From contig OZ224045.1 in NCBI GenBank assembly GCA_963665325.3, positions 896,001 through 960,000 on the forward strand: DNA of 64,000 nt, in the 5' to 3' direction. Under the pieces are notes generated by a model, which saw only the letters and a list, made by a program, of their open reading frames with translations, ran no database searches and had not been told where the DNA came from. Below are positions 7,660-17,519 of this stretch, piece by piece. Made by a program: the position numbers and the translations under genes. The DNA is from Alphaproteobacteria bacterium. Its GTDB lineage: Bacteria; Pseudomonadota; Alphaproteobacteria; Bin95. Within the stretch, counting starts at the first letter, position 1. Each line of letters opens with the position of its first letter.

Positions 7660-9825
7660 ATGGCGGTTCTCGAGGCGGATTTCGTCACCGACCTGACGCC
7701 GGCCGAGGGCGGCGACATGCTGTGGTCGCTTCCCGTCGTGGCGCCGGCGCGCGAGCCGCTCGACTGGGCGTCTCTGCTTGAAGAGGCGGAGGCGCGCGTC
7801 AAGGAGGAACGGGGCCGCGCGGCTGTGGCGGAGTTGCGCCGCGAGGAACTGCGCCGGTCGGAGAGCGATGCCCGAGCGCTTGCGGACTCGCTGACGAGGC
7901 AGCTCGACACCTGCCGGTTCAAGCTCAAGACGGCGACCTCGAAGACCGCGTCGCGGGCCGCGAAGGGGTTGGAGCGCAGGGTCGAGTCCCAGGACGACGA
8001 AATCGCCGATCTTCGCCTCACGCTGCGCAGGTCTCACGAGCGCCAGGAGCGGATCGAAAAACGCCACCAGGACGAGATCAACTGGCTGAAGCAGGACATC
8101 GACCGGGAGCGCTCGCGGATCGCGAAGGTGTACCGCAAGGGCGAGCGCGTGGCCGGGTCGCTGCGCAAGCAGTTCGACCGGCAGCTCGCGGCGGCCAGGC
8201 GGCTGGTGGAGACCCGGGAGGGCACGATCGCATGGCTGCGCGAACGCAACGCCCGGATGCGGGCGGCGATCGTGCGGGCCACGGAGCTGATCGCCTCGCT
8301 GCGGGAGAAGAATACCCGGCTGCGCGCCGAGGTGCGGGATCTGAAGGACGAGAACGCGGCGCTGGCCTCGCAGGTCGAGACGCTGCAAGCCCAGCTCGAC
8401 AAGCTGCGCTCGACCCGGAGCGTCCTGTCGAAGGCGCTCTACGGCAGCAGGAGCGAGCAGCAGAAGAGGCCGGGCACCGGGCGCAAGCGCGGCCAGCAGC
8501 GCGGCGCCGCCGGGCACGGCCGCACCCAGCGCCCCGGGCTCGGGCAGAAGAAGGAACCGCGCGACCCGCCTGAGGAAGCGCGTGTGTGTCCGCGTTGCGG
8601 CAAGCCCTACGCCGCCAACGGCGAGCGCTGCACCACTCTCTTCGAGATCGATGTCGAGGCCTACGAGAACACCATCGTGCGGTCGCGCTGGCGCCACAGT
8701 TGCGACTGCGCCTCCGCGCCGCGGGAGGTGACCGCGCCGCCGGTGACGCGGCTGTTCGAGACCACGCCCTACGGGATCAGCGTATGGACGTGCATGCTCT
8801 ACGAGCGCTTCGTCTGCTGCCGTCCCCTGCATCGGGTCGCGGCCTGGCTGGCCGACATGGGGCTGGCGATCTCGCCGGGGACCCTGGCCGACAGCATCAA
8901 GCGCTTCGTGCCGCTGTTCGAACCGTTGGCCGAGGCGATCCTCGCGCACCAGAACGAGGCCGCGCTGCGCCACGCCGACGAAACATCCTGGCGCGTTCAG
9001 GCGTATCGCGAGAAAGGCCGGTCGAGCCGCGCCTGGTTGTGGATCTCGGTCAGCAACGATGCCGTCTACTTCCACATCGACCCCTCGCGCAGCGCCGAGG
9101 TCGCGATGAAGCTGTTCGGTTCGGTCAAGGATACCGTGGTCCTGGTCTGCGACCGGTTCAGCGCCTACAGGAAGCTGGCTCGCGAACTCGCCGGCAAGGT
9201 GATCCTGCAATGGTGCTGGGCACATCAAAGGCGCTCGTTCATCGACCGTGCCGCCGGTCATGTGCGGCTCAGGCGCTGGTGCCAGAGATGGATCGAGCGG
9301 ATCGCGCTGATCTACCGGCTGAACGACGATCGGCTGGAGCATTACGACCCCGCTCACCCCCTCGAACGACAGTCGCCGGCGTTCGATATCGCGCACGCCA
9401 AGCTGAAGAAGGAGGTCGACGAGCTGTTCGCAGCCGCCGAAGCGGAACTGGCCGGGCTGACGGACAGGGCGCGCAGGGCCAAGCCGCTGCGCTCGCTTCT
9501 CAACCACCGCGGGGGGCTGTGCGTCTTCGTCGACAAGCCGTTCGTGCCCATGGACAACAACCGCGGCGAGCTCTCGTTGCGCTTCGCGGTTATCGGACGA
9601 CGGCTCTCGTTCGGCTCCGACAGCGAGAAAGGCGCCGGGTTCACGGCGACGATGTACTCGGTGGCTGGCACGCTGGCGATCAACGGCATCGACGTCCGGC
9701 GCTGGCTCAGGGAATGGCTGACCGCGTGCGCGGAAAACGGCGGCAATCCGCCGGACGACCTCTCGCCCTGGCTGCCGTGGTCGATGAGCGAGGAGCGCCG
9801 GCGCGAACTCACGGCGTCGGGATGA
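7660..9825 (+). CDS. IS66-family DDE transposase (TnpC-like) with long N-terminal coiled coil
   Basis: YGSRSE, Zn finger CPRC...HSCDC, HADET, LVCDRFSAY, CWAHQRR, DNNRGELSLR. Confidence 0.93.
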   Translation: MAVLEADFVTDLTPAEGGDMLWSLPVVAPAREPLDWASLLEEAEARVKEERGRAAVAELRREELRRSESDARALADSLTRQLDTCRFKLKTATSKTASRAAKGLERRVESQDDEIADLRLTLRRSHERQERIEKRHQDEINWLKQDIDRERSRIAKVYRKGERVAGSLRKQFDRQLAAARRLVETREGTIAWLRERNARMRAAIVRATELIASLREKNTRLRAEVRDLKDENAALASQVETLQAQLDKLRSTRSVLSKALYGSRSEQQKRPGTGRKRGQQRGAAGHGRTQRPGLGQKKEPRDPPEEARVCPRCGKPYAANGERCTTLFEIDVEAYENTIVRSRWRHSCDCASAPREVTAPPVTRLFETTPYGISVWTCMLYERFVCCRPLHRVAAWLADMGLAISPGTLADSIKRFVPLFEPLAEAILAHQNEAALRHADETSWRVQAYREKGRSSRAWLWISVSNDAVYFHIDPSRSAEVAMKLFGSVKDTVVLVCDRFSAYRKLARELAGKVILQWCWAHQRRSFIDRAAGHVRLRRWCQRWIERIALIYRLNDDRLEHYDPAHPLERQSPAFDIAHAKLKKEVDELFAAAEAELAGLTDRARRAKPLRSLLNHRGGLCVFVDKPFVPMDNNRGELSLRFAVIGRRLSFGSDSEKGAGFTATMYSVAGTLAINGIDVRRWLREWLTACAENGGNPPDDLSPWLPWSMSEERRRELTASG

Positions 9826-10703
9826 CCGGCGCGGTCGAGTGCCGCTACCACGGCCGAGACTTCACCGCCGAGGAAATGGCGCTGCTGCGCGCGCTCATCG
9901 CCGGTCCCGCATCGCTCTCCCGCCGCGCCCTGTCGATCGAGTTCTGCCGGCGCATCGGCTGGATCAAGCCCGACGGCGGGCTCAAGGATATGATGGCCCG
10001 CGTCACCATGCTCGCCATGCACCGCGACGGCCTCATCGAACTGCCGCCGCCCAGGTGGCAGCGGGGACGGCCCAGGCCCATCGTCTTCGGACCCGACACC
10101 GAGCCGCCGCTGTTCCCCGCGCCCACGACCCTCGACGAGGTCCGTCCGCTCGACTTCCGCGCCGTCGTGCACAGCACCCGGGAAGGCAGGCTCTGGAACG
10201 AGTTCGTCGCCCGCTACCATTATCTCGGATACAAGACCCTGGTCGGCGCCCAGATGCGCTACGCCGTCCACGACCGAAACGGCTGGCCCGTCGCCATGCT
10301 CGGCTTCTCCACCGCCGCCTGGAAGCTCGCCCCGCGCGACAACTTCATCGGATGGTCGCCCGAAAAGCGCGAGAAGAACCTCCCGCTCGTGGTCGACAAC
10401 CCGCGCTTCCTGATATTGCCGTGGATCCAGATCCCCAACCTCGGATCGCACATCCTCGCCATCGTGCGCCGGCGCCTGCCCACCGACTGGACCGAGCGCT
10501 ACGGCACCACCCCCGTGCTGATCGAAACCTTCGTCGAGACCCCGCGATACACCGGCGCCGTCTACAAGGCGTCGGGCTGGACCCGCGTCGGGACCACCCA
10601 GGGCCGTGGCCGCTACGACAGGCATACCAAACGAGCTCAGCCGAAAAAGGACATCTGGCTCCGCCCCCTCCGAAAAGATTGGCAACGCACCCTCAATCGG
10701 TAG
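9822..10703 (+). CDS. DUF4338 (DruA-like, Mom/GNAT-like) protein inside IS66
   Basis: RYHYLGY, RDNFIGW, NPRFLILPW, NLGSHIL, ETFVETPRYTGAVYKASGW, GTTQGRGR; ATGA-coupled to the transposase stop. Confidence 0.85.
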   Translation: MTGAVECRYHGRDFTAEEMALLRALIAGPASLSRRALSIEFCRRIGWIKPDGGLKDMMARVTMLAMHRDGLIELPPPRWQRGRPRPIVFGPDTEPPLFPAPTTLDEVRPLDFRAVVHSTREGRLWNEFVARYHYLGYKTLVGAQMRYAVHDRNGWPVAMLGFSTAAWKLAPRDNFIGWSPEKREKNLPLVVDNPRFLILPWIQIPNLGSHILAIVRRRLPTDWTERYGTTPVLIETFVETPRYTGAVYKASGWTRVGTTQGRGRYDRHTKRAQPKKDIWLRPLRKDWQRTLNR

Positions 10704-10838
10704 AATCACACCCGGTCGCGACCAGGTGCGGGTAAGCATGCCAACAAGCGGATAACCTCCTCCTCATCCCCCGGGACCCGAACGGTTACAGGCCAATTCG
10801 AGGCCGAATTGGGTGAGAACCGATTCATTCGTATACGT

Positions 10839-11669
10839 TCACGTCTCGTCCAGAGCGATCCTTACGCTGTTTTCTCCATGGGTGATGAGCTTTCTGTCCT
10901 CTTGGGGCCCTTCGGCGAAGACGACGCCCTGGAGGATCAGAGCCCTTCTCGCGCTGCCGTCCATCGGTAACTCGATTGTCCAGACCGCACTGCCGCTTAC
11001 GCCACCATGGGTCCGGGGAATCCACGGATCGTCGCTCGTAATGGCGTACTCACCGTAGTCCCAACCATCCTCGTCTGTCGCCTGTTCTGCTGTCCTGCCT
11101 ATCAGCATGCCGTGGGCGACCACCATGTTCTCGCCCAGGTCGCTCGCGGCGTGGACGAATCCGAAAACAATTCCGATCTGGCATACTTCGCCCTCGAACG
11201 CATCGCGCGGTCTCGCCCTGTTGCGGAAGACGGCACCAAGTGCCTCCATCCTCTCCACATCTTCTCCCGACAAGGGCATCCAGCCGATATCCGGACCCAA
11301 CGGCCCTTGGTTGGCTTCTCCCCGGCCTGTCATGCCCGCGCCTTCAATCCTGATCCAGTTGACCAGTTCTCGGTCCTGGGCCGGGAGCACGAGGATGTTC
11401 TGCCTGGCCTTGACGGCGCCGATGACGTGCCCGGCCGTCAGAATGCCATGCTGGCCATCGGTTCTTCTGACAAACGTTCCGGAACCGATTGGTGTCAGCT
11501 GCCCCTCCGCGCCGTAACCGATGATCGTCGTGTATCGGCGTACGAGATCGGCCAGGATCCGCGGCGCAGTCTCGGGATTCAACTGGTCCTCCTGGAAGAT
11601 ACCGGTCCTCGCAAGGTAGCCCGAAACTTCGGACCAGCCGGCGGTCACGATCGCGGGTTCTGGAGCCAT
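10839..11669 (-). CDS. Trypsin-like serine protease domain protein
   Basis: GSGTFV, ILTAGHVI (His), PDIG (Asp), GGVSGSAV (Ser); no signal peptide seen. Confidence 0.6.
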   Translation of the reverse strand: MAPEPAIVTAGWSEVSGYLARTGIFQEDQLNPETAPRILADLVRRYTTIIGYGAEGQLTPIGSGTFVRRTDGQHGILTAGHVIGAVKARQNILVLPAQDRELVNWIRIEGAGMTGRGEANQGPLGPDIGWMPLSGEDVERMEALGAVFRNRARPRDAFEGEVCQIGIVFGFVHAASDLGENMVVAHGMLIGRTAEQATDEDGWDYGEYAITSDDPWIPRTHGGVSGSAVWTIELPMDGSARRALILQGVVFAEGPQEDRKLITHGENSVRIALDET

Positions 11670-11975
11670 GATGCATTCCGTTCTGTTCGGTGGCGGGTCA
11701 TACTGGGAGATGGTGGGCGATTGGAAATCTGAGGCCGGCGGGTTTGGGCGAAGTCTATAGGGATGCGGTGCTCTTCGGGCGGCGATGGCGTTGTGCAACG
11801 TGATGTGGCGGGATGGGCATGGTCTAGCCGGATGTATTCACGTCGATTAAATCGGAGGGTTTGGAGCGCGCAGGGGTGGGCGTTCGGCGCCGCTACGGTG
11901 CCGGGATCTGAAGTTTTCGAAGTCGAAGTTGAGGGTTGAGCCGGCTCGGGTTGGTGGGGCACGCCGCCCCGTCGG

Positions 11976-12855
11976 TCAGGGTCCCGAGGTCGCGAACCGG
12001 CCCGCCAGCAGCCGGAACAGGGCGGCGTCGGGGCAGGCCGAGGTGAAGTGGATGCGGATGCGCGCGGCCTTCTCGACGACGCGCGCGCCTATCTTGAGCA
12101 GTTTCTGGCGGAGGGCTGCGAACTCGGCCAAGTGGAGCGGCATCCTGCGCGGCACGGCATCGCGGAGCGCGAGCATCAGCCAGTAGGCGGCGATGTGCAG
12201 GACCAGCCTGAACTGGTTGGCGAGCGGGCCCTGGCAGGAGGTGCGGTCGGAGGCGAGCTGGGCCTTGTGCAACTTGATGAGGTTTTCCGCCTGGCCGCGG
12301 GCGCAGTAGATCCCTTCGTAGAGATGGCGGGGCTCGCCGGTGAGCGAGGTGACGATGTAGCGCGCGTCGAAGCCGCGGGTCGTCGCCTCCAGCCGGGCGA
12401 CCACGCGGCGCGCGCGGTTCCACGAGCCGGCGGCGTAGGCGAAGTCGTCGAAGCCGCGGACCTTGTCGCCACCGGCTTCGGCGTGGCGCGCCCGGACCTC
12501 CTCGCCGGACTCGTCGGCGAGGCGGTGCAGCACCGCATTGCCGGCCAGGCCGAAGATATAGTCGACGCCGTTGTCCTCGCACCATGCCATCGCCTCGGTC
12601 CGACCGTAGTGGCTGTCGCCCCGGAAGGTGAGCCGGGTGCGCGGCCAGTGCCGGCGGATGCGCCGCGTCAGATGCTTGAGCATGGTGCGGACCTCGACCC
12701 CCGACGGCGTCTTGCCGGGGCGCGGGAGAACCGCCACCGGCCTGCCGCTCTCGACATGGTAGACGTGCACCGGGAGGAAGCAGCGGGTGTCATGGAAGCC
12801 GTTGAACAGCGAGAGTTGCTGGTGGCCGTGCACCGCGTCGCAGGTCTCGTCGATG
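11976..12855 (-). pseudogene. IS1380 transposase, 3' part
   Basis: HGHQQLSLFNG, FRGDSHY, YCARGQAENLIK, DRTSC, ANQFRL. Confidence 0.9.
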
Positions 12856-12941
12856 GTAACCGTTCGGGTCCCGGGGGATGAGGAGGAGGTTATCCGCTTG
12901 TTGGCATGCTTACCCGCACCTGGTCGCGACCGGGTGTGATT

Positions 12942-13823
12942 CTACCGATTGAGGGTGCGTTGCCAATCTTTTCGGAGGGGGCGGAGCCAGATGTCCTTTT
13001 TCGGCTGAGCTCGTTTGGTATGCCTGTCGTAGCGGCCACGGCCCTGGGTGGTCCCGACGCGGGTCCAGCCCGACGCCTTGTAGACGGCGCCGGTGTATCG
13101 CGGGGTCTCGACGAAGGTTTCGATCAGCACGGGGGTGGTGCCGTAGCGCTCGGTCCAGTCGGTGGGCAGGCGCCGGCGCACGATGGCGAGGATGTGCGAT
13201 CCGAGGTTGGGGATCTGGATCCACGGCAATATCAGGAAGCGCGGGTTGTCGACCACGAGCGGGAGGTTCTTCTCGCGCTTTTCGGGCGACCATCCGATGA
13301 AGTTGTCGCGCGGGGCGAGCTTCCAGGCGGCGGTGGAGAAGCCGAGCATGGCGACGGGCCAGCCGTTTCGGTCGTGGACGGCGTAGCGCATCTGGGCGCC
13401 GACCAGGGTCTTGTATCCGAGATAATGGTAGCGGGCGACGAACTCGTTCCAGAGCCTGCCTTCCCGGGTGCTGTGCACGACGGCGCGGAAGTCGAGCGGA
13501 CGGACCTCGTCGAGGGTCGTGGGCGCGGGGAACAGCGGCGGCTCGGTGTCGGGTCCGAAGACGATGGGCCTGGGCCGTCCCCGCTGCCACCTGGGCGGCG
13601 GCAGTTCGATGAGGCCGTCGCGGTGCATGGCGAGCATGGTGACGCGGGCCATCATATCCTTGAGCCCGCCGTCGGGCTTGATCCAGCCGATGCGCCGGCA
13701 GAACTCGATCGACAGGGCGCGGCGGGAGAGCGATGCGGGACCGGCGATGAGCGCGCGCAGCAGCGCCATTTCCTCGGCGGTGAAGTCTCGGCCGTGGTAG
13801 CGGCACTCGACCGCGCCGGTCAT
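12942..13823 (-). CDS. DUF4338 protein, copy 2
   Basis: Translation identical to 9822-10703. Confidence 0.85.
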   Translation of the reverse strand: MTGAVECRYHGRDFTAEEMALLRALIAGPASLSRRALSIEFCRRIGWIKPDGGLKDMMARVTMLAMHRDGLIELPPPRWQRGRPRPIVFGPDTEPPLFPAPTTLDEVRPLDFRAVVHSTREGRLWNEFVARYHYLGYKTLVGAQMRYAVHDRNGWPVAMLGFSTAAWKLAPRDNFIGWSPEKREKNLPLVVDNPRFLILPWIQIPNLGSHILAIVRRRLPTDWTERYGTTPVLIETFVETPRYTGAVYKASGWTRVGTTQGRGRYDRHTKRAQPKKDIWLRPLRKDWQRTLNR

Positions 13824-15985
13824 CCCGACGCCGTGAGTTCGCGCCGGCGCTCCTCGCTCATCGACCACGGCAGCCAGGGCGAGAGGTCGTCCGGCGGATT
13901 GCCGCCGTTTTCCGCGCACGCGGTCAGCCATTCCCTGAGCCAGCGCCGGACGTCGATGCCGTTGATCGCCAGCGTGCCAGCCACCGAGTACATCGTCGCC
14001 GTGAACCCGGCGCCTTTCTCGCTGTCGGAGCCGAACGAGAGCCGTCGTCCGATAACCGCGAAGCGCAACGAGAGCTCGCCGCGGTTGTTGTCCATGGGCA
14101 CGAACGGCTTGTCGACGAAGACGCACAGCCCCCCGCGGTGGTTGAGAAGCGAGCGCAGCGGCTTGGCCCTGCGCGCCCTGTCCGTCAGCCCGGCCAGTTC
14201 CGCTTCGGCGGCTGCGAACAGCTCGTCGACCTCCTTCTTCAGCTTGGCGTGCGCGATATCGAACGCCGGCGACTGTCGTTCGAGGGGGTGAGCGGGGTCG
14301 TAATGCTCCAGCCGATCGTCGTTCAGCCGGTAGATCAGCGCGATCCGCTCGATCCATCTCTGGCACCAGCGCCTGAGCCGCACATGACCGGCGGCACGGT
14401 CGATGAACGAGCGCCTTTGATGTGCCCAGCACCATTGCAGGATCACCTTGCCGGCGAGTTCGCGAGCCAGCTTCCTGTAGGCGCTGAACCGGTCGCAGAC
14501 CAGGACCACGGTATCCTTGACCGAACCGAACAGCTTCATCGCGACCTCGGCGCTGCGCGAGGGGTCGATGTGGAAGTAGACGGCATCGTTGCTGACCGAG
14601 ATCCACAACCAGGCGCGGCTCGACCGGCCTTTCTCGCGATACGCCTGAACGCGCCAGGATGTTTCGTCGGCGTGGCGCAGCGCGGCCTCGTTCTGGTGCG
14701 CGAGGATCGCCTCGGCCAACGGTTCGAACAGCGGCACGAAGCGCTTGATGCTGTCGGCCAGGGTCCCCGGCGAGATCGCCAGCCCCATGTCGGCCAGCCA
14801 GGCCGCGACCCGATGCAGGGGACGGCAGCAGACGAAGCGCTCGTAGAGCATGCACGTCCATACGCTGATCCCGTAGGGCGTGGTCTCGAACAGCCGCGTC
14901 ACCGGCGGCGCGGTCACCTCCCGCGGCGCGGAGGCGCAGTCGCAACTGTGGCGCCAGCGCGACCGCACGATGGTGTTCTCGTAGGCCTCGACATCGATCT
15001 CGAAGAGAGTGGTGCAGCGCTCGCCGTTGGCGGCGTAGGGCTTGCCGCAACGCGGACACACACGCGCTTCCTCAGGCGGGTCGCGCGGTTCCTTCTTCTG
15101 CCCGAGCCCGGGGCGCTGGGTGCGGCCGTGCCCGGCGGCGCCGCGCTGCTGGCCGCGCTTGCGCCCGGTGCCCGGCCTCTTCTGCTGCTCGCTCCTGCTG
15201 CCGTAGAGCGCCTTCGACAGGACGCTCCGGGTCGAGCGCAGCTTGTCGAGCTGGGCTTGCAGCGTCTCGACCTGCGAGGCCAGCGCCGCGTTCTCGTCCT
15301 TCAGATCCCGCACCTCGGCGCGCAGCCGGGTATTCTTCTCCCGCAGCGAGGCGATCAGCTCCGTGGCCCGCACGATCGCCGCCCGCATCCGGGCGTTGCG
15401 TTCGCGCAGCCATGCGATCGTGCCCTCCCGGGTCTCCACCAGCCGCCTGGCCGCCGCGAGCTGCCGGTCGAACTGCTTGCGCAGCGACCCGGCCACGCGC
15501 TCGCCCTTGCGGTACACCTTCGCGATCCGCGAGCGCTCCCGGTCGATGTCCTGCTTCAGCCAGTTGATCTCGTCCTGGTGGCGTTTTTCGATCCGCTCCT
15601 GGCGCTCGTGAGACCTGCGCAGCGTGAGGCGAAGATCGGCGATTTCGTCGTCCTGGGACTCGACCCTGCGCTCCAACCCCTTCGCGGCCCGCGACGCGGT
15701 CTTCGAGGTCGCCGTCTTGAGCTTGAACCGGCAGGTGTCGAGCTGCCTCGTCAGCGAGTCCGCAAGCGCTCGGGCATCGCTCTCCGACCGGCGCAGTTCC
15801 TCGCGGCGCAACTCCGCCACAGCCGCGCGGCCCCGTTCCTCCTTGACGCGCGCCTCCGCCTCTTCAAGCAGAGACGCCCAGTCGAGCGGCTCGCGCGCCG
15901 GCGCCACGACGGGAAGCGACCACAGCATGTCGCCGCCCTCGGCCGGCGTCAGGTCGGTGACGAAATCCGCCTCGAGAACCGCCAT
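13820..15985 (-). CDS. IS66-family transposase, copy 2
   Basis: Translation identical to 7660-9825. Confidence 0.93.
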   Translation of the reverse strand: MAVLEADFVTDLTPAEGGDMLWSLPVVAPAREPLDWASLLEEAEARVKEERGRAAVAELRREELRRSESDARALADSLTRQLDTCRFKLKTATSKTASRAAKGLERRVESQDDEIADLRLTLRRSHERQERIEKRHQDEINWLKQDIDRERSRIAKVYRKGERVAGSLRKQFDRQLAAARRLVETREGTIAWLRERNARMRAAIVRATELIASLREKNTRLRAEVRDLKDENAALASQVETLQAQLDKLRSTRSVLSKALYGSRSEQQKRPGTGRKRGQQRGAAGHGRTQRPGLGQKKEPRDPPEEARVCPRCGKPYAANGERCTTLFEIDVEAYENTIVRSRWRHSCDCASAPREVTAPPVTRLFETTPYGISVWTCMLYERFVCCRPLHRVAAWLADMGLAISPGTLADSIKRFVPLFEPLAEAILAHQNEAALRHADETSWRVQAYREKGRSSRAWLWISVSNDAVYFHIDPSRSAEVAMKLFGSVKDTVVLVCDRFSAYRKLARELAGKVILQWCWAHQRRSFIDRAAGHVRLRRWCQRWIERIALIYRLNDDRLEHYDPAHPLERQSPAFDIAHAKLKKEVDELFAAAEAELAGLTDRARRAKPLRSLLNHRGGLCVFVDKPFVPMDNNRGELSLRFAVIGRRLSFGSDSEKGAGFTATMYSVAGTLAINGIDVRRWLREWLTACAENGGNPPDDLSPWLPWSMSEERRRELTASG

Positions 15986-16071
15986 GCGCGAGACGGTAGC
16001 GCATGCGCGACTTAGTTACCAGTGAGAAAAATCAGTGGGAGGCTACGATCCCCCGGGACCCGAACGGTTAC

Positions 16072-16540
16072 CGTCGATGTCGAGCGTGATCGCCGCCGGC
16101 GGGGACGCGAAGGAGCGGCAGAAGATGTCGACCAGGGCGGCCGTCAGGCGCCCCGTCTCGCTACTGGACGGCGCGTTCTCCAGCCGGCTCATGGTAGGCT
16201 GCGAACAGAGATCGCGGCCGCTCTCCGGCGCCCGGCCGACCGCCAGCTTGAACAGCGGATCGGCGCGCAGGTCGTCGCAATCGTCGGCGTCCTCATACCC
16301 GCAGGCGATCGCGAACATGCGGAACCGAAGCATCGCCGGCAGGCTGTGGACGACCCGGTCGGGGTCGCGCCATTCCCGGATGCAGCCGGCCAGCGTCTCG
16401 GCCAGGCCGAGCCGGCGCTCCGCCCCGCGCAGCAGGACCAGCCCACCGTCCGACGAGATCGAACCGCCGGCGAAATCGGCAGTCACCTTCTTGCGGCTTA
16501 CGGCTGGAAGATCGAACGGGAGAAGGGTATCATCGGTCAT
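16072..16540 (-). pseudogene. IS1380 transposase, 5' part
   Basis: FAGGSISSDGGLVLL, GYEDADDCDDLRADP, SQPTMSRLEN, ITLDID; rejoins in frame as LDID-ETCDAVHG when one TSD copy is removed. Confidence 0.9.
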
Positions 16541-16865
16541 GGCGGGCGTGGCGCTTTCGTTGCTTCGGCAGAAATGCGCTGGGAAACGAATTTCTACCCG
16601 AATCCAACGGGTTACGCCACGTTCGCCACCATGCCTTCAGACCCTGATGAATACATCAGGTTAGACCGGTTGCCGGGGCAGGTCAATGGCGAGTACTCGA
16701 CATGGCGAGTACTCGGCTGTATTCCGTCTGACACTTCTGTCCGACGCCCAGCAAGAGGATTATCTCGACGATGTTTGGCAGGTCTCGCATATTTCTGCCA
16801 TCGTTGAAAACCGTATTAGAAGGCTAATGACAACTGGGCTCCGAACAACAAAGGACTAATGGTAA

Positions 16866-17519
16866 ATGCCATCAAGCGCACTAAGGAAGTTCGAAGGCCC
16901 AATGATGCGGGATGTTGAGCGCATTATTGCGACGCATGCGGATATGCAGGCAGGGAGCCCTGGGAACATGGGACTTGGGCATCTGACAAGAGCAGGCGTT
17001 CTTTTCCTATGCGCCGCATGGGAATTATACATTGAGGAAGTGCTGAATGAAAGTATCAAACACTGCATCCAGAAGAGTTCGTCACCTGAAGATCTCCCAA
17101 AAACGGTAAAGAAGACAATTTCCCAATACGTACGTGATTCCAAACATCAACTCAAGCCAATCGGTATGGCAGGAGACGGCTGGAAAACGATTTACTCTGA
17201 AATCGCTAGCGAATGGGTCGTCGGACTCAATACACCCAAATCTCACAATATCGATCAAGGTTTTCGTACACTCGTGGGTATTGAAAAATTATCTGAAAAC
17301 TGGTCTTTAGGGGCCGCCGTAGTGAATAGCTTCGTCGAAGTTAGAGGGGATATAGCGCACCGTGGATCGGATGCAGGCAACGTTCATATGAGTACGTTGA
17401 AGAATGCCTATAAAGAACAAATTACAAAATGTGTCCTTGAAACAGATAATGCTTTATCGAATTACATCAGGAATGCGTTTTCTCCTACAAGCTATCCATG
17501 GAACCGGCGTCAAATATAG
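16866..17519 (+). CDS. HEPN-domain protein (RiboL-PSP/MAE_28990-like)
   Basis: RAGVLFLCAAWELYIEE, LNTP, and RGDIAH (Rx4H); AT-rich. Confidence 0.7.
   Translation: MPSSALRKFEGPMMRDVERIIATHADMQAGSPGNMGLGHLTRAGVLFLCAAWELYIEEVLNESIKHCIQKSSSPEDLPKTVKKTISQYVRDSKHQLKPIGMAGDGWKTIYSEIASEWVVGLNTPKSHNIDQGFRTLVGIEKLSENWSLGAAVVNSFVEVRGDIAHRGSDAGNVHMSTLKNAYKEQITKCVLETDNALSNYIRNAFSPTSYPWNRRQI

Larger units (their letters stand above)
7574..10789 (+). mobile_element. IS66-family element, copy 1 (3216 bp; transposase + DUF4338)
   Basis: Perfect 24-bp terminal IR GTAACCGTTCGGGTCCCGGGGGAT; 8-bp TSD AGGCCAAT at 7566-7573 and 10790-10797. Confidence 0.95.
12856..16071 (-). mobile_element. IS66-family element, copy 2 (inverted, 3216 bp)
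   Basis: Same IRs as copy 1; TSD CGTCGATG at 12848-12855 and 16072-16079; ORF translations identical to copy 1. Confidence 0.95.
11828..16660 (-). mobile_element. IS1380-family element interrupted by IS66 copy 2
   Basis: IRs CCGGATGTATTCA (11828-11840) and TGAATACATCAGG (16648-16660), flanked by CTAG/TTAG; about 1.6 kb once the IS66 is removed. Confidence 0.85.

Noticed and set aside
8586-10703. 705-aa ORF suggesting a transposase-DUF4338 frameshift fusion
   Set aside because: The first ~410 codons are R/G/A-rich shadow of the transposase (-1 frame stops are rare in GC3-rich genes). No convincing slippery site was seen, and an ATGA-coupled start exists at 9822.
9822-13823. Druantia defence system
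   Set aside because: Only a DruA-like domain is present, inside an IS. No DruE helicase or other dru genes are in the window.
7574-16071. Composite transposon that arrived as one unit
   Set aside because: Outer flanks differ (AGGCCAAT vs CGTCGATG) and each copy has its own TSD pair.
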